Assembly: GCA_001443005.1 (NCBI GenBank)
Contig: LEKQ01000005.1
Coordinates: 64,809-128,808, forward strand
Length of the DNA: 64,000 nt
DNA from: a bacterium GBS-1
GTDB taxonomy: Bacteria; Synergistota; GBS-1
Reading direction: 5' to 3'
Under the pieces are notes generated by a model. That model searched no databases. It had not been told where the DNA came from and was given only the letters and a program-made list of their open reading frames with translations. Both the position numbers and the translations under genes were made by a program. This document shows positions 38,776-49,334 of the stretch, one piece after another. Within the stretch, counting starts at the first letter, position 1; each line of letters begins with the position of its first letter.

Positions 38776-39576
38776 ATGACGAAGGGTGTGGATATCGCTC
38801 TTTTAGAGGAGCTTTTACGTAGGGAACGTAGAATAAGTCGCCTTGTGGAACGGCAAGCGGCGCGTGAGGCAGATTTCATGTCCTTAGCTAGCGTTTTAAG
38901 TGAAGTTATAGAGGCTAACGTTTACATCTCGGATAAGGATGGCAGGATATTGGGTTATGCGCTCTTGAATAACTACGATTGCCCTGAGGTTTGGAAGGTT
39001 TTAAACGAAGGAAGGTATCCTGATGAGTATAACGAGAAGCTTTTAAGAATAATTGAGCCTATGGTTAATCAGACGCCTAAGGGGGGGAGATGTTCTTACT
39101 TCCTTGATACGGAGTGCAGATATCCTAATAAGTTCGTGAGCTTCTTTCCGGTGATCGGTGGTAGCGAAAGGTTGGGGACGCTTGTGATTGCACGCTTTGA
39201 CAACGGTCTTTCTCTGGCTGATCAGATACTAGCGGAGTACGGAGCTACCATAGTAGGGATAGAGATCTTGAGAGCTAGGAACGAGGAGATGGAGAGGATG
39301 GCGAGGGAGCAAATCACGGTTCAGTTGGCTTTAAGGACGCTATCTTACTCTGAGCTATCTGCTATGAGAAAGATATTCGAAAAGTTCAATAATAGTGAGG
39401 GAGTTGTCATCGCAAGCAAGATAGCTGGGGACATAGGGGTCACGCGTTCGGTTATAGTTAACGCTTTGAGGAAGCTCGAAAGTGCTGGTATAATAGAGAC
39501 GAGGTCTCTCGGCATGAAGGGAACCTACATCCGAGTTTTAACACCACTATTTTTGAAGGAACTTAAGGTTAAATAG
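38776..39576 (+). CDS. codY: GTP/BCAA-sensing transcriptional regulator CodY
   Basis: GAF domain, EYGATIVG, TLSYSE, ASKIA..GVTRSVIVNALRKLESAGIIETRSLGMKGT. Confidence 0.95.
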   Translation: MTKGVDIALLEELLRRERRISRLVERQAAREADFMSLASVLSEVIEANVYISDKDGRILGYALLNNYDCPEVWKVLNEGRYPDEYNEKLLRIIEPMVNQTPKGGRCSYFLDTECRYPNKFVSFFPVIGGSERLGTLVIARFDNGLSLADQILAEYGATIVGIEILRARNEEMERMAREQITVQLALRTLSYSELSAMRKIFEKFNNSEGVVIASKIAGDIGVTRSVIVNALRKLESAGIIETRSLGMKGTYIRVLTPLFLKELKVK

Positions 39577-39577
39577 C

Positions 39578-39605
39578 TAAAGGTGCACCATCTCCATAGC
39601 GAAAA
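39578..39605 (+). promoter_or_regulatory. Putative sigma28-type promoter upstream of flgB
   Basis: TAAA-16nt-AGCGAAAA versus consensus TAAA-N15/16-GCCGATAA. Confidence 0.4.
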
Positions 39606-39626
39606 TAGAAGGGGAGGTGGTGCTCC

Positions 39627-40037
39627 TTGCTCTTCGATAGGACTACGAAGGTTCTTGAGAAAACTCTTGGTGCTCTCTCTTTGAGGCAGAGGGTTATAGC
39701 TGATAACATCGCTAACGTTAATACTCCTGATTACAAAAGAAGAGAGGTTACCTTTGAGGAGGAGCTTAAGACAGCTCTTTCTCACGAACCAAGGAGGATA
39801 AAGGGATATCTGACTCATCCCAAACATATACCTATACCTCAGCCAGAGATCACGCTGGACAAGGTTAGTCCGGAGGTATGGGAAAGAGATGATATTTACT
39901 TCAGAAACGATAAAAACGGTGTGGACATAGATGTGGAGCTTGCGGAGCTGAACAAAAACGTTATGAAGTATACGGCAGTTACTAGGGCTTTAGGTCGAAA
40001 GTTCGCTATACTTGATGTTGTAGTGGGAAGGAGGTAG
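39627..40037 (+). CDS. flgB: Flagellar basal-body rod protein
   Basis: RQRVIADNIANVNTPDYK, RNDKNGVDID. Confidence 0.93.
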   Translation: MLFDRTTKVLEKTLGALSLRQRVIADNIANVNTPDYKRREVTFEEELKTALSHEPRRIKGYLTHPKHIPIPQPEITLDKVSPEVWERDDIYFRNDKNGVDIDVELAELNKNVMKYTAVTRALGRKFAILDVVVGRR

Positions 40038-40045
40038 GGTGAGCG

Positions 40046-40504
40046 ATGAACCTATTTAAGACCATAGATGTGAGCGCTTCTGCGCTTACGGCTCATAGGT
40101 TATGGCTCGATGTAATAGCTGACAACTTGGCTAATGTTAACACAACGAGGACTCCTGAAGGCGGTCCTTATAAGAGGAAGATGGTAATATTTGAATCGCG
40201 TGAAAGGGTCTTTCCTCTTAGCTTTGGCTTTCGATTCCCTCCTTCACCTAAGAGAATCTCGGACTTCAGGGGAGAAGGGGTTAGAGTGAAGGAGATAGTT
40301 GAGGATGAGACACCCCCACGCTTGGTTTACGATCCCTACCATCCAGATGCAAATAAGGATGGGTATGTGGCTTATCCCAACGTGAACGTGGTTCGGGAGA
40401 TGGTCGATATGATAGCAGCAAGCAGGGCTTACGAAGCCAATCTTATGGCCATAAATACTACGAGAAGCATGTTCATGAGTGCCCTCGAGGTGATGAGGGG
40501 GTGA
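40046..40504 (+). CDS. flgC: Flagellar basal-body rod protein
   Basis: NLANVNTTRTPEGGPYKRK, YDPYHPDA, EMVDMIAASRAYEAN. Confidence 0.95.
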   Translation: MNLFKTIDVSASALTAHRLWLDVIADNLANVNTTRTPEGGPYKRKMVIFESRERVFPLSFGFRFPPSPKRISDFRGEGVRVKEIVEDETPPRLVYDPYHPDANKDGYVAYPNVNVVREMVDMIAASRAYEANLMAINTTRSMFMSALEVMRG

Positions 40505-40510
40505 TTTTAT

Positions 40511-40819
40511 TTGGTAGGAAAGATTATCCTCTCTCTCGACAGGCTTAATCTACCTAAGCCTAAGGTTGAGGAGAAGATAACCAAGGAAGAGGAAAAGGTT
40601 GAAAGTGGATTTTTAAAGCTTCTTAAGGATGGATTAAAAAAGGTAAATGATTTGGAGAAGGAGGCGGATAATCTATCTCAGAAGCTCGCTACGGGGGAGA
40701 TAGATGACGTCCATGAGGTAGCTATAGCCGTTAGAAAAGCTGAGCTTGCCGTTAGATTGCTTACGGAGATAAGGAACAGGTTAATTGATGCCTACGATAG
40801 GTTGTCGAGGTTAACTTAG
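40511..40819 (+). CDS. fliE: Flagellar hook-basal body protein
   Basis: DVHEVAIA..KAE..EIRNRLIDAY. Confidence 0.9.
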   Translation: MVGKIILSLDRLNLPKPKVEEKITKEEEKVESGFLKLLKDGLKKVNDLEKEADNLSQKLATGEIDDVHEVAIAVRKAELAVRLLTEIRNRLIDAYDRLSRLT

Positions 40820-40823
40820 GGTC

Positions 40824-42389
40824 ATGTTTGATAAAATCAGAGGTTATGTTAATGCCTTGTTGTCTCGATGGAAGGAGCTCTCTAAACCCCAAAGGATCGT
40901 TTTAGTTGGGGCTGGAGTGGCTCTGTTGTTTTCTTTTCTCCTTTTATTGATCTGGGCGAGGGCTCCTCAATTTGTTCCCCTTTTCACAAATCTGGATCCC
41001 AAGGATGCCTCTGCTATAGTTGATCAGCTTGAGAAGATGAAGGTTCCTCATCAGATAGCAGATGAGGGTAAAACCATACTGGTGCCCATGGATAAGGTTT
41101 ATAACCTCAGGATACAGCTTGCGGGTATGGGTTTACCCACTCAGGGTGTAGTAGGCTTCGAGGTCTTTGAAAAGCCGAAGTTCGGTTTGACCACCTTTCA
41201 GGAGCAGATAACCTACCTCAGGGCTCTTGAGGGTGAGCTCACGCGGACGATAATGAATCTCGAGGCGATCGAGCTAGCTAAGGTTAACATAGTTCTTCCC
41301 CAGCCTCGCCTTTATGTGGAGGAGCAAAAGGCTACTACTGCTTCTGTTCTCGTTAAGTTAAAGCCTGGAGCTAAGCTTTCACAAGGGCAGGTTAAGGCTA
41401 TAGTTCACTTGGTCTCCCACAGCGTTGAGGGACTTTCTCCGGATGATGTGGTTGTGGTTGATACTCAGGGTAACATCTTAAGTGAGATGCTTCGTGAGGA
41501 GTATATAATAAGGGAGACCGAGAAGGTCTCAACGCTTCAGAAGGAGATAGAGAGCCTATACGAGAGGGAGCTTGAGGGAAAGCTCAAGGCCATGCTGGAG
41601 AAGGTCTTTGGCCCTGGCAGGGCGGTTGCCAAGGTGAAGGTTGAGATAGATTTAAGTAAGAGGGAAGTGAAGAAGGAGATCTTTAAGCCGGTGGTTGGAA
41701 ATAGTGGTATAGTTAGAAGCGAACAGAATATAGAAGAGCAGTATAGGGGGACCGTTGCTCCTCCAGCGGGAGTTCCAGGAACTCAAACTAACATTCCTGG
41801 ATATCAGGTGCCCCAGAAAAAGGGCGAGGAGATAGCTTACTCTAAGACCGAAAACATAAGGAACTATGAGCTGAGTAAGGAGGAGGAGCGGGAGGTGGTT
41901 GCTCCAGGAAAGATAAGAAGGATGACCGTTTCCGTCGTCGTGGATGCTAAACTCGATCCAACTCAGCTTCAGGATCTCAAGAACGCCGTAGCTGCCGCTG
42001 TGGGGTATGACCCCAATAGGGGAGATGAGATCGTGGTTCAGAGCATGGAGTTCAACGTAGCTTATCTTAGGGAGCTTGAGGAAGAGCTAAGGGCAAAAGA
42101 ACGCTTCCGCTTGATGATAACCTTGGGGGTTATAGGTGCGCTCCTAGGTTCAGCGGTGGGTTACTTCATCTGGAGAAGGTGGAGGAAGAAGAAGCTTGAG
42201 GAGGAGGCTAAGCTTGCTGCTGAGGCTCCCCCTGCCGAGAAGAGGCCTACCCTTGAGGAGATGCTGGCTCACCCTGAGCTATTTTTGGAGGAGGAGAGGG
42301 TGATTGAGATAGAAGATTTAAGGGGTTTTGCGGTAAGGCACCCTGAGGAGGTAGCAAAGGTTATAAAATCCTGGATTTATGAGGAGTAG
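40824..42389 (+). CDS. fliF: Flagellar MS-ring protein
   Basis: Two TM segments, VGFEVF, RALEGEL.RTI, ASVLVKL, NYE. Confidence 0.94.
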   Translation: MFDKIRGYVNALLSRWKELSKPQRIVLVGAGVALLFSFLLLLIWARAPQFVPLFTNLDPKDASAIVDQLEKMKVPHQIADEGKTILVPMDKVYNLRIQLAGMGLPTQGVVGFEVFEKPKFGLTTFQEQITYLRALEGELTRTIMNLEAIELAKVNIVLPQPRLYVEEQKATTASVLVKLKPGAKLSQGQVKAIVHLVSHSVEGLSPDDVVVVDTQGNILSEMLREEYIIRETEKVSTLQKEIESLYERELEGKLKAMLEKVFGPGRAVAKVKVEIDLSKREVKKEIFKPVVGNSGIVRSEQNIEEQYRGTVAPPAGVPGTQTNIPGYQVPQKKGEEIAYSKTENIRNYELSKEEEREVVAPGKIRRMTVSVVVDAKLDPTQLQDLKNAVAAAVGYDPNRGDEIVVQSMEFNVAYLRELEEELRAKERFRLMITLGVIGALLGSAVGYFIWRRWRKKKLEEEAKLAAEAPPAEKRPTLEEMLAHPELFLEEERVIEIEDLRGFAVRHPEEVAKVIKSWIYEE

Positions 42390-42401
42390 TGAAGGTGACC
42401 T

Positions 42402-43421
42402 TTGGTGGCTAAGAAGAGGAAGGAGGGTTTTAGCGGTAGGGAAAAAGCTGCCATACTGTTAGTTATATTGGGCCCCGAGATATCAGCTCAGGTCTTCAAA
42501 CACCTTGAGGAGGAGGAAGTGGAGCAGTTAACTCTCGAGATAGCAAACCTTCCGACCATCCCCCCGGAGGTTAAAAACGAGGTCATTCATGAATTTCAGC
42601 ATCTTTTGGTTGCCCAGGAGTTCATGGCTAAGGGAGGGGTTAATTACGCTAAGGAGCTTTTGGAGAAGGCCTTTGGCCCTGAGAAGGCTAAGGAGATATT
42701 AAGCAAGCTTACCGCTCAGCTTCAGGTTAGGCCTTTCGAGTTCGTAAGGAAGACGGACCCTATGCAGCTCCTCTCAGTAATTCAGGGAGAGCACCCCCAA
42801 ACTATAGCTTTGATATTAGCCTATCTTCCTCCTGATCAAGCTGCTTCGGTCTTATCTGGGCTGCCACCTGAGATTCAGGTTGATGTCGCTAGGCGATTAG
42901 CTACCATGGACAGGACCTCCCCAGATGTTATAAGAGAGGTGGAAAGGGTTCTGGAGCGTAAGCTTTCAGCCTTCGTAAGTCAAGACTTCACCATGGTTGG
43001 AGGTATAGAGGCTCTCGTTGAGATCCTTAATAGGTCTGATCGCGGAACAGAGAAGAACATCATAGAGGCTCTTGAGGAGCAGGACCCTGAGTTGGCGGAG
43101 GAGGTCAAGAAGAGGCTCTTCGTCTTTGAGGATGTTATTCACCTTGACGATAGAGCTATTCAGAGAGTGCTAAGGGAGGTTGACATGAAGGATTTGGCCT
43201 TGGCCTTAAAGGGAGCCAGTGAGGAGGTTAGAGAGAAGTTCTTTAAGAACATGTCTAAGAGGGCTGCTCAGATGCTTAAGGAGGATATGGAGTACATGGG
43301 GCCGGTTAGGGTTAGAGATGTAGAGGATGCGCAACAGAGGATAGTTAATATCATAAGGCAGCTTGAGGAAGCCGGCGAGATAATAATAGCGAGGGGCGGG
43401 GAGGAAGAGCTGATTGTTTAA
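42402..43421 (+). CDS. fliG: Flagellar motor switch protein
   Basis: KAAILL, GGVNYA, EHPQTIA, FVFED, GPVRVRDVE. Confidence 0.96.
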   Translation: MVAKKRKEGFSGREKAAILLVILGPEISAQVFKHLEEEEVEQLTLEIANLPTIPPEVKNEVIHEFQHLLVAQEFMAKGGVNYAKELLEKAFGPEKAKEILSKLTAQLQVRPFEFVRKTDPMQLLSVIQGEHPQTIALILAYLPPDQAASVLSGLPPEIQVDVARRLATMDRTSPDVIREVERVLERKLSAFVSQDFTMVGGIEALVEILNRSDRGTEKNIIEALEEQDPELAEEVKKRLFVFEDVIHLDDRAIQRVLREVDMKDLALALKGASEEVREKFFKNMSKRAAQMLKEDMEYMGPVRVRDVEDAQQRIVNIIRQLEEAGEIIIARGGEEELIV

Positions 43422-44295
43422 AGGAAATCTCATTAAGTACGTTAGGCTTCTGGACACACCTTTCCTTGTGGGTGAAGAGGAGAACGGTAGGAACTCGTCT
43501 TTGGAGGAAAAGCTTGAAGAAGAGCATAACGTCTTTAATGAGGATAAAGATAGGGTAGAAGAGGAACTCTTGGCTAAGAGAGAGGAGCTGAAAGAGGAGA
43601 TAAAGGAGTTAGAGAAAAGGATAAGAGAGCTTTCCTCTCAGGCTGAGGATATCATTAAGAGGGCTCATAAAGAGGCTGAGGAGATAAAGAGGAAGGCCGA
43701 TGAGGAAGCTAAGAGGGCATCCGAGAAGATAATCAGAGAGGCTAAGGGAGAGGCTGACTCCATAAGGGAGAAGGCCTTTAATGATGGTTTTAAGAAGGGG
43801 TACGATGAGGGTTATAGGGAGGGGATTAAGGAAGGGCGCAAGGAGTATGATGATCTCATTGCACTTTTAAGGTCGGTTATAGAGGGAATCAAGTCCTCTA
43901 AAGATAAGTTGCTTGAGGAGATAGAGCCTGAAGTTATAGAGATAATAAAGATAGTCTTGAGGAAGCTTCTTTTAAAAGAGGTTGAGGTTGATAGGGATTT
44001 AGTCATTAGGGTTATAAAGGCTGCAGTGAAGAAGCTTGAGGAGAGGGCGAAGATAGTCGTGAGGGTTAACCCTGACGACCTCCCTAAGGTTGTAGAGCGA
44101 AGAGAGGAGCTTTTCAGTTCGATCGAGGGCTTAAAGGAGCTAGATATCATCGAGGATTCCCGCGTAGAAAGGGGTGGGTGCGTCGTTGAGGGCGGCTTAG
44201 GCGTGGTGGATGCGCGCATAGAAAGACAGATTGAGGAGATCGAAAGATTCATAGATAGGCTTCTTAAGGAGGGTAGGGGAGAGAGCCTTGCTTAG
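43414..44295 (+). CDS. fliH: Flagellar export protein
   Basis: AxxxGxxxGxxxG repeats, RVNPDD, GGCVVE. Confidence 0.88.
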   Translation: MFKGNLIKYVRLLDTPFLVGEEENGRNSSLEEKLEEEHNVFNEDKDRVEEELLAKREELKEEIKELEKRIRELSSQAEDIIKRAHKEAEEIKRKADEEAKRASEKIIREAKGEADSIREKAFNDGFKKGYDEGYREGIKEGRKEYDDLIALLRSVIEGIKSSKDKLLEEIEPEVIEIIKIVLRKLLLKEVEVDRDLVIRVIKAAVKKLEERAKIVVRVNPDDLPKVVERREELFSSIEGLKELDIIEDSRVERGGCVVEGGLGVVDARIERQIEEIERFIDRLLKEGRGESLA

Positions 44296-45589
44296 CAGGT
44301 ATATCTATAGGCTTAAAGACTTCGATCCCATGAAGATCAACGGTAAAGTGGTGAAGGTTGTGGGGTTGGTGATAGAGTCTAAGGGGCCGGAGGCCTCGAT
44401 CGGGGAAGTGTGTGAGGTTCGCCTTAGGGATGGTAGAAGCGTAAGAGCTGAGGTAGTTGGCTTTAAGGAGGATAGGGTGTTGCTTATGCCCTTGGGTAGT
44501 ATGGACCATATCGCTCCAGGGTGTGAGGTTATAGCCAGAGGAGAGAGACTGAGGGTTAGGGTTGGGGAGTCGCTCTTGGGTCGTATCTTAAACGCCTTTG
44601 GGGAACCTATAGACGGTAAGGGGCCAATAGATTGGGAGGATGAATACCCACTGGATAGAAAACCCCCTTCTCCGCTTAACAGGAACAGGATAAAGGACCC
44701 TATATCAGTTGGAGTTAGGGCTATCGATGGCCTTCTAACTTGTGGTAAAGGGCAAAGGATGGGGATCTTCGCGGGAAGCGGCATCGGTAAGAGCGTTTTG
44801 CTAGGCATGATCGCTCGAAACACCTCTGCAGCGGTTAGCGTGATAGGTCTGATCGGTGAGAGAGGTAGAGAGGTAAGGGAGTTCATAGAGAGAGATTTGG
44901 GGGAAGATGGGCTTAGAAGATCTGTGGTAGTAGTTGCTACATCTGATGAGCCTGCGCTTATAAGGCTTAAGGCTGCCTTCACCGCTACGGCTATCGCGGA
45001 GTATTTCAGAGATAAGGGGCTTGATGTTATATTGATGATGGATTCCATAACGCGCTTCGCTATGGCTCAGCGGGAGGTAGGTTTAACGGTGGGAGAGCCC
45101 CCTGCGACGCGTGGATACACTCCTTCAGTCTTTTCCCTTCTTCCTCGTTTACTTGAGAGGGCGGGAAACTCGGAGCTAGGTTCGATAACCGCCTTTTACA
45201 CCATACTCGTTGAAGGGGATGATATGAATGAACCCATCGCTGATACTGTTAGGAGCATACTCGATGGGCACATAGTTCTTTCAAGAAAGTTAGCCTCTAA
45301 GAATCACTACCCAGCTATAGATGTATTAAGAAGCATAAGTAGGTTGATGATAGAGATAGTTCCTGAGGAGCATTATCGTGCGGCGACGAGGTTGAGAGAG
45401 CTTCTGGCTGCCTATGAGGAAGCTCAGGACTTGATCAATATAGGGGCTTATGTTAAGGGAACCAATAAGGTGATAGATGAAGCCTTAAGTAAGCTTGAGG
45501 AGATAAGGGCTTTTTTAACTCAGGGGATAAGGGAAAAGTCTACCTTGGAGGAAGCCCGAGAGTGGCTTATTAGGAACTTTGGAGGTTAA
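44288..45589 (+). CDS. fliI: Flagellar export ATPase
   Basis: [32 protein letters not shown]. Confidence 0.95.
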   Translation: MLSRYIYRLKDFDPMKINGKVVKVVGLVIESKGPEASIGEVCEVRLRDGRSVRAEVVGFKEDRVLLMPLGSMDHIAPGCEVIARGERLRVRVGESLLGRILNAFGEPIDGKGPIDWEDEYPLDRKPPSPLNRNRIKDPISVGVRAIDGLLTCGKGQRMGIFAGSGIGKSVLLGMIARNTSAAVSVIGLIGERGREVREFIERDLGEDGLRRSVVVVATSDEPALIRLKAAFTATAIAEYFRDKGLDVILMMDSITRFAMAQREVGLTVGEPPATRGYTPSVFSLLPRLLERAGNSELGSITAFYTILVEGDDMNEPIADTVRSILDGHIVLSRKLASKNHYPAIDVLRSISRLMIEIVPEEHYRAATRLRELLAAYEEAQDLINIGAYVKGTNKVIDEALSKLEEIRAFLTQGIREKSTLEEAREWLIRNFGG

Positions 45590-45591
45590 AG

Positions 45592-46044
45592 ATGGCCTTC
45601 AGGTTTAGATTTGAGAAGATACTTGAACTTAAGAGACGGATTGAAGATGCTCTTAAAAGCGAGCTTGCCCTTTTAACCGCGTCTAAGGAAGAGCTTATAG
45701 TGGAGAGGGATAGACTGCTGGGGGAGCTTGAGTCTTTAAGGGGAGAGCTTTCTGAAGAGCAGAGCAAAGGGTTAAAAGGTGGTGAGCTTAGGCTTTACCT
45801 TTACTTGATCAACTCTTTGACATCGCTGATAGAGAGAAAGGAAAGAGAGATAAGGGAGATAGAAAAAAGGATAGAGGAAAAAAGAAGCGAGCTTTTAAAG
45901 GCCTCGAAGGAGAGGAGAAAGTTTGAGAGGCTTAAGGAGAGGGACTTTGAAAGCTTTATTCTTGAGGAGCTTTATAGGGAGAGGGTTATATTGGATGAGA
46001 TCGGTCAGAACCTGTTTTTAAGGAGGGAAGAGAGTGGCTCTTGA
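45592..46044 (+). CDS. fliJ: Flagellar export protein
   Basis: [10 protein letters not shown].., coiled coil, [13 protein letters not shown]; follows fliI. Confidence 0.85.
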   Translation: MAFRFRFEKILELKRRIEDALKSELALLTASKEELIVERDRLLGELESLRGELSEEQSKGLKGGELRLYLYLINSLTSLIERKEREIREIEKRIEEKRSELLKASKERRKFERLKERDFESFILEELYRERVILDEIGQNLFLRREESGS

Positions 46045-46654
46045 GGGGCTTAAGAAGGTCCTTAAGAGAATAGAAGAAATAAGGAGGGGGTTTAGCGAGC
46101 TTTCTCGAACGCCTCTTAGCGAGCGTAAGGATGTAGGGTCAAACTTCAAGGAGCTTTACCTTAAGGAGTTGAGTAGGTCTTCATCTAAAGAGGAGCCTGG
46201 GGAAAGCCCTCCCTCAAGTTCCCCTCGGAGGGGGGGAGTCGCTTCGGTTCTTCCTCGCTCTCAGCCCTCGATTAAAGATGTGGTTAATAGAGCTAGCAGG
46301 ACCTATGGAGTGGATCCAGACCTTATAATGGCGATCATGGAGGTTGAATCAAACTTCAATCCCAGGGTCGTTTCTCCCAAGGGAGCTATGGGCTTAATGC
46401 AGCTCATGCCGAGTACGGCACGGGAGCTTGGTGTTCTTGACCCCTTCGATATAGAGGAGAATATAATGGGAGGGGTAAAGTACTTGAGATATTTAACCGA
46501 AAGATATAGTGGAAACCTTGAATTAGCGTTAGCTGCTTACAATGCTGGGCCTAACGCCGTGGATAGGTATGGCGGGATACCTCCATACAAGGAGACGCAA
46601 GACTACATTAAGAAGGTCCTTTCCATTTATAGAGAACGGAAGAGTGAAAAATGA
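46034..46654 (+). CDS. Lytic transglycosylase (SLT domain)
   Basis: [39 protein letters not shown]. Confidence 0.9.
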   Translation: MALEGLKKVLKRIEEIRRGFSELSRTPLSERKDVGSNFKELYLKELSRSSSKEEPGESPPSSSPRRGGVASVLPRSQPSIKDVVNRASRTYGVDPDLIMAIMEVESNFNPRVVSPKGAMGLMQLMPSTARELGVLDPFDIEENIMGGVKYLRYLTERYSGNLELALAAYNAGPNAVDRYGGIPPYKETQDYIKKVLSIYRERKSEK

Positions 46655-47262
46655 AAAAACTCCTGTTGATCTTATTTTTAGGCTTCTTTGCTCTCTTGGG
46701 GACATCTATAGGCCTTCACTTTGCGAGGGTTATTGACGTTAAGAAAGTATATATAACTAACATTTACCCTTACGCTAAGAGTTTGCCTTATGTCGGCAAA
46801 TATGTGGAGAAGTTCACTTCGGAGTTAAGGGTGCGCTTTACGCCCATTGAGAGGAGAAGGATGGAACTTGAGGTCTGGGCTAGAAGGTTGAGAGAGCTTG
46901 AGGAGAAGCTTAAGAAGGAGGTATCTAAGAAGGAGGCGGAGCTTGAGGCCAAAATCAGGGAGATAGAGGTAGAGAAAGCCAAGCTTGAGGAGGAGAGAAG
47001 GAGGTTAGCTGAGCTGACGGCAAAGGTCTCTCAGGAGCTTTCTGCTAAAAGAGTATCAGAGGAAGAGGCCAAGAGGTTAGCCTCTTACTACGCGGCTATG
47101 AGGCCCTCTGATGCAGCTGCTATAATAAGCAACCTTGATGATGAGTTAGCGATAGCCATACTGAGGAATCTGGATCAAGAAAGGGCAGCGAAGATACTCT
47201 CTTCGTTGGAACCCAGTAAGGCGGCTCAACTCCTGTCGAAAATGGGGAGGGAGAAAAGGTGA
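46651..47262 (+). CDS. MotE/YlxF-like flagellar protein (TM, coiled coil, MgtE-N-like domain)
   Basis: [26 protein letters not shown]; position before fliK. Confidence 0.75.
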   Translation: MKKLLLILFLGFFALLGTSIGLHFARVIDVKKVYITNIYPYAKSLPYVGKYVEKFTSELRVRFTPIERRRMELEVWARRLRELEEKLKKEVSKKEAELEAKIREIEVEKAKLEEERRRLAELTAKVSQELSAKRVSEEEAKRLASYYAAMRPSDAAAIISNLDDELAIAILRNLDQERAAKILSSLEPSKAAQLLSKMGREKR

Positions 47263-48821
47263 AGCTTAAGACTTCTTTCTTCAATATGCTTCTAAGGATG
47301 GGAGCTAAGGCCGAGGTCAAGGAGGGTTGCCGCAGTAAGGTAGTTAAAAGAGCCAGATCTTCTAGTGAGCGTTTTTCAAGTGAGCTTAAGAAAGCTCAAG
47401 AGAAGGCTAAGCTCGGAGAGTTATGGGTATCTTCCCCTAACCTTTCCTTGTTTAACGCATCAGTTATCGTTCCTCAAAGAGTCGAGAGGGTGGATAATTT
47501 ATGTAAGGCTACTGATTTACCTAAAGAAAATCTTTCCCCCAAAATCAGTGGAGGTCAAAGTTTTGAAAAGTTAGACGTTGAGGGCAAGAAACTCCCTTTA
47601 AGGGAAAGAGCTTCTTTAGGTGAGGGTAAGGGAGATATTAATGGAGCGAAGATTGAGAAAGGTCCTCCCTTGGAGGTTAGGAGTATCTCAAAAGGTGAAG
47701 CTTTCCCTCTTGATGGTCCTGGGGGCAACAATTCAAGGTTGAAGTTTAATCATTCTGAGGCTTCTAAGAAGTTTGTTCAAGGAGAGGTCGTTACTGAGAT
47801 GAGGGAAGTTGGTGATTTTAGCGAATCTCAGGAAAAGCCAAAGGTTGGAGAGTGGAAAAGCGAGCTTTCTCTAAGCGATCAACCCAAGCCATCTCCTTCC
47901 ATAGCGAAGGTAAAGGAGGAAGGAGCGAAAAGCATTGCATTGGATGACGGTGGGAAGCTAAATCTTTTTCGGAAGCTTGAGAGGGTCAAGGGTACACTCC
48001 TATCCTATGGTTCTGAGATTCAGGAGAGGATCTTAGAGACTCCCAGGGAAGCTGGAAGGGGTGAAGGTAAACTTCCTCCCTCGCTTAAAGATTTATCTCA
48101 TGGTTCTGAGATTTGGGAGGATAGGTCGAAGCAAAGGCTTGATCAAGATCCTAAGCTTTCCTTTGATTTAAGGAAAGACGTACCTAATTTGGTGGGTCGG
48201 GAGTATAGGATTCAGGAGGATATCCAAGTTAAACCTGAGTTTGAAGGTGACCTTTCCCTTAAAGTGGAGAAGTTGTTTGAGCTTCCTCAAGGAGATGGTA
48301 ATGGTAGCAGCCTTGTCGGCGATGGGGGTGGAGAAGATTTTGACCAGTCTCTCACCTTCGAGTTTAAAGGAGCTTTGGAGGAGGGATCTCTTTCTGAGTT
48401 CCCAAAGCTTAGCGATACCTTTGGCGATTTCCTTAAGAAGTTTGAGCTTAACCTAAAGGATGGCAAGAGGGAAGCTGTGGTGGAGCTTTATCCTCCAGAG
48501 CTTGGTAAGGTGAAATTTGAGATAGAGGTTCAGGGGGATAAGATCACCGCTCGCTTCTGGCTTCCTTCGCAGGAGGTTAAGAGCCTCTTTGAGAACAATC
48601 TTCAGCAGCTTCAATCTCTCTTCAGAAGTCAAGGCTACCTCTTTGAGGCCGATTTCTTCCTGGGAGGGGAGCTCAATCATAGAGGCGGGGGGTATAGTGA
48701 GCCGGGCTCAAGCGAAGCCGCTAAAGAGATTAACTCGTTGGTCAACGCTCCCGAATCGGAGACTTCCCAGTTTTTAGGAGTAAGAGGGGTCATGGAGGAC
48801 GGACTTGACATCTTAGCTTAA
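47259..48821 (+). CDS. fliK: Flagellar hook-length control protein
   Basis: Disordered N-region, C-terminal LYPPELGKV..F..L.QL...QG; precedes flgD. Confidence 0.82.
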   Translation: MKLKTSFFNMLLRMGAKAEVKEGCRSKVVKRARSSSERFSSELKKAQEKAKLGELWVSSPNLSLFNASVIVPQRVERVDNLCKATDLPKENLSPKISGGQSFEKLDVEGKKLPLRERASLGEGKGDINGAKIEKGPPLEVRSISKGEAFPLDGPGGNNSRLKFNHSEASKKFVQGEVVTEMREVGDFSESQEKPKVGEWKSELSLSDQPKPSPSIAKVKEEGAKSIALDDGGKLNLFRKLERVKGTLLSYGSEIQERILETPREAGRGEGKLPPSLKDLSHGSEIWEDRSKQRLDQDPKLSFDLRKDVPNLVGREYRIQEDIQVKPEFEGDLSLKVEKLFELPQGDGNGSSLVGDGGGEDFDQSLTFEFKGALEEGSLSEFPKLSDTFGDFLKKFELNLKDGKREAVVELYPPELGKVKFEIEVQGDKITARFWLPSQEVKSLFENNLQQLQSLFRSQGYLFEADFFLGGELNHRGGGYSEPGSSEAAKEINSLVNAPESETSQFLGVRGVMEDGLDILA

Positions 48822-48836
48822 GGGGGTGATGGTGAG

Positions 48837-49265
48837 ATGTTTGGTTCCTTAAGCAGTATAGGTTCTCAATATCTTTACTCTAATTCAAGTTCAGGTAGTT
48901 CTCGTAAATCTGGAGCCGAGTTAGATAAGGATGCCTTCTTGAGGTTGCTCGTAACCCAGCTTCGCTATCAGGATCCCCTTTCTCCCATGGAGAATACGGA
49001 GTTTGTGAGTCAGATGGCTCAGTTCAGCACCCTTGAGCAGGTAACCAATATGGCTAGAAGCTTGGAGAGCTTTTTGGTCAACTTTTCCTGGACGCAGTTT
49101 GTGAGTCTGATCGGGAAGAGCGTTAAGTTCACGGATTCGGAAACGGGTAAAATTGTGGAGGGCAAAGTTACGGGCATCAAGCCCGCGAGCGATGGCATAG
49201 TTCTCATTATAGATAACGGTAAGTATGAGGTTCCCTTAAATAGCATTGAAGAGATCAAATCTTAA
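48837..49265 (+). CDS. flgD: Flagellar hook capping protein
   Basis: LDKDAFLRLLVTQLRYQDPLSPM..QMAQFSTLEQ. Confidence 0.93.
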   Translation: MFGSLSSIGSQYLYSNSSSGSSRKSGAELDKDAFLRLLVTQLRYQDPLSPMENTEFVSQMAQFSTLEQVTNMARSLESFLVNFSWTQFVSLIGKSVKFTDSETGKIVEGKVTGIKPASDGIVLIIDNGKYEVPLNSIEEIKS

Positions 49266-49334
49266 GCTTAATTCATGGATGGGAAACCTTGGCGAAGGAG
49301 CGCCTCTTAAGCTTAAAAAGGAGGCGTTTTCCAG

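Noticed and set aside
43490..43850. GAG/AAG-rich repetitive-looking DNA in fliH
   Set aside because: Glu/Lys coiled-coil and GxxxG coding bias, not a DNA repeat
44305..45048. 247-aa minus-strand ORF
   Set aside because: Antisense shadow of fliI; the same applies to the many other short antisense ORFs in the track
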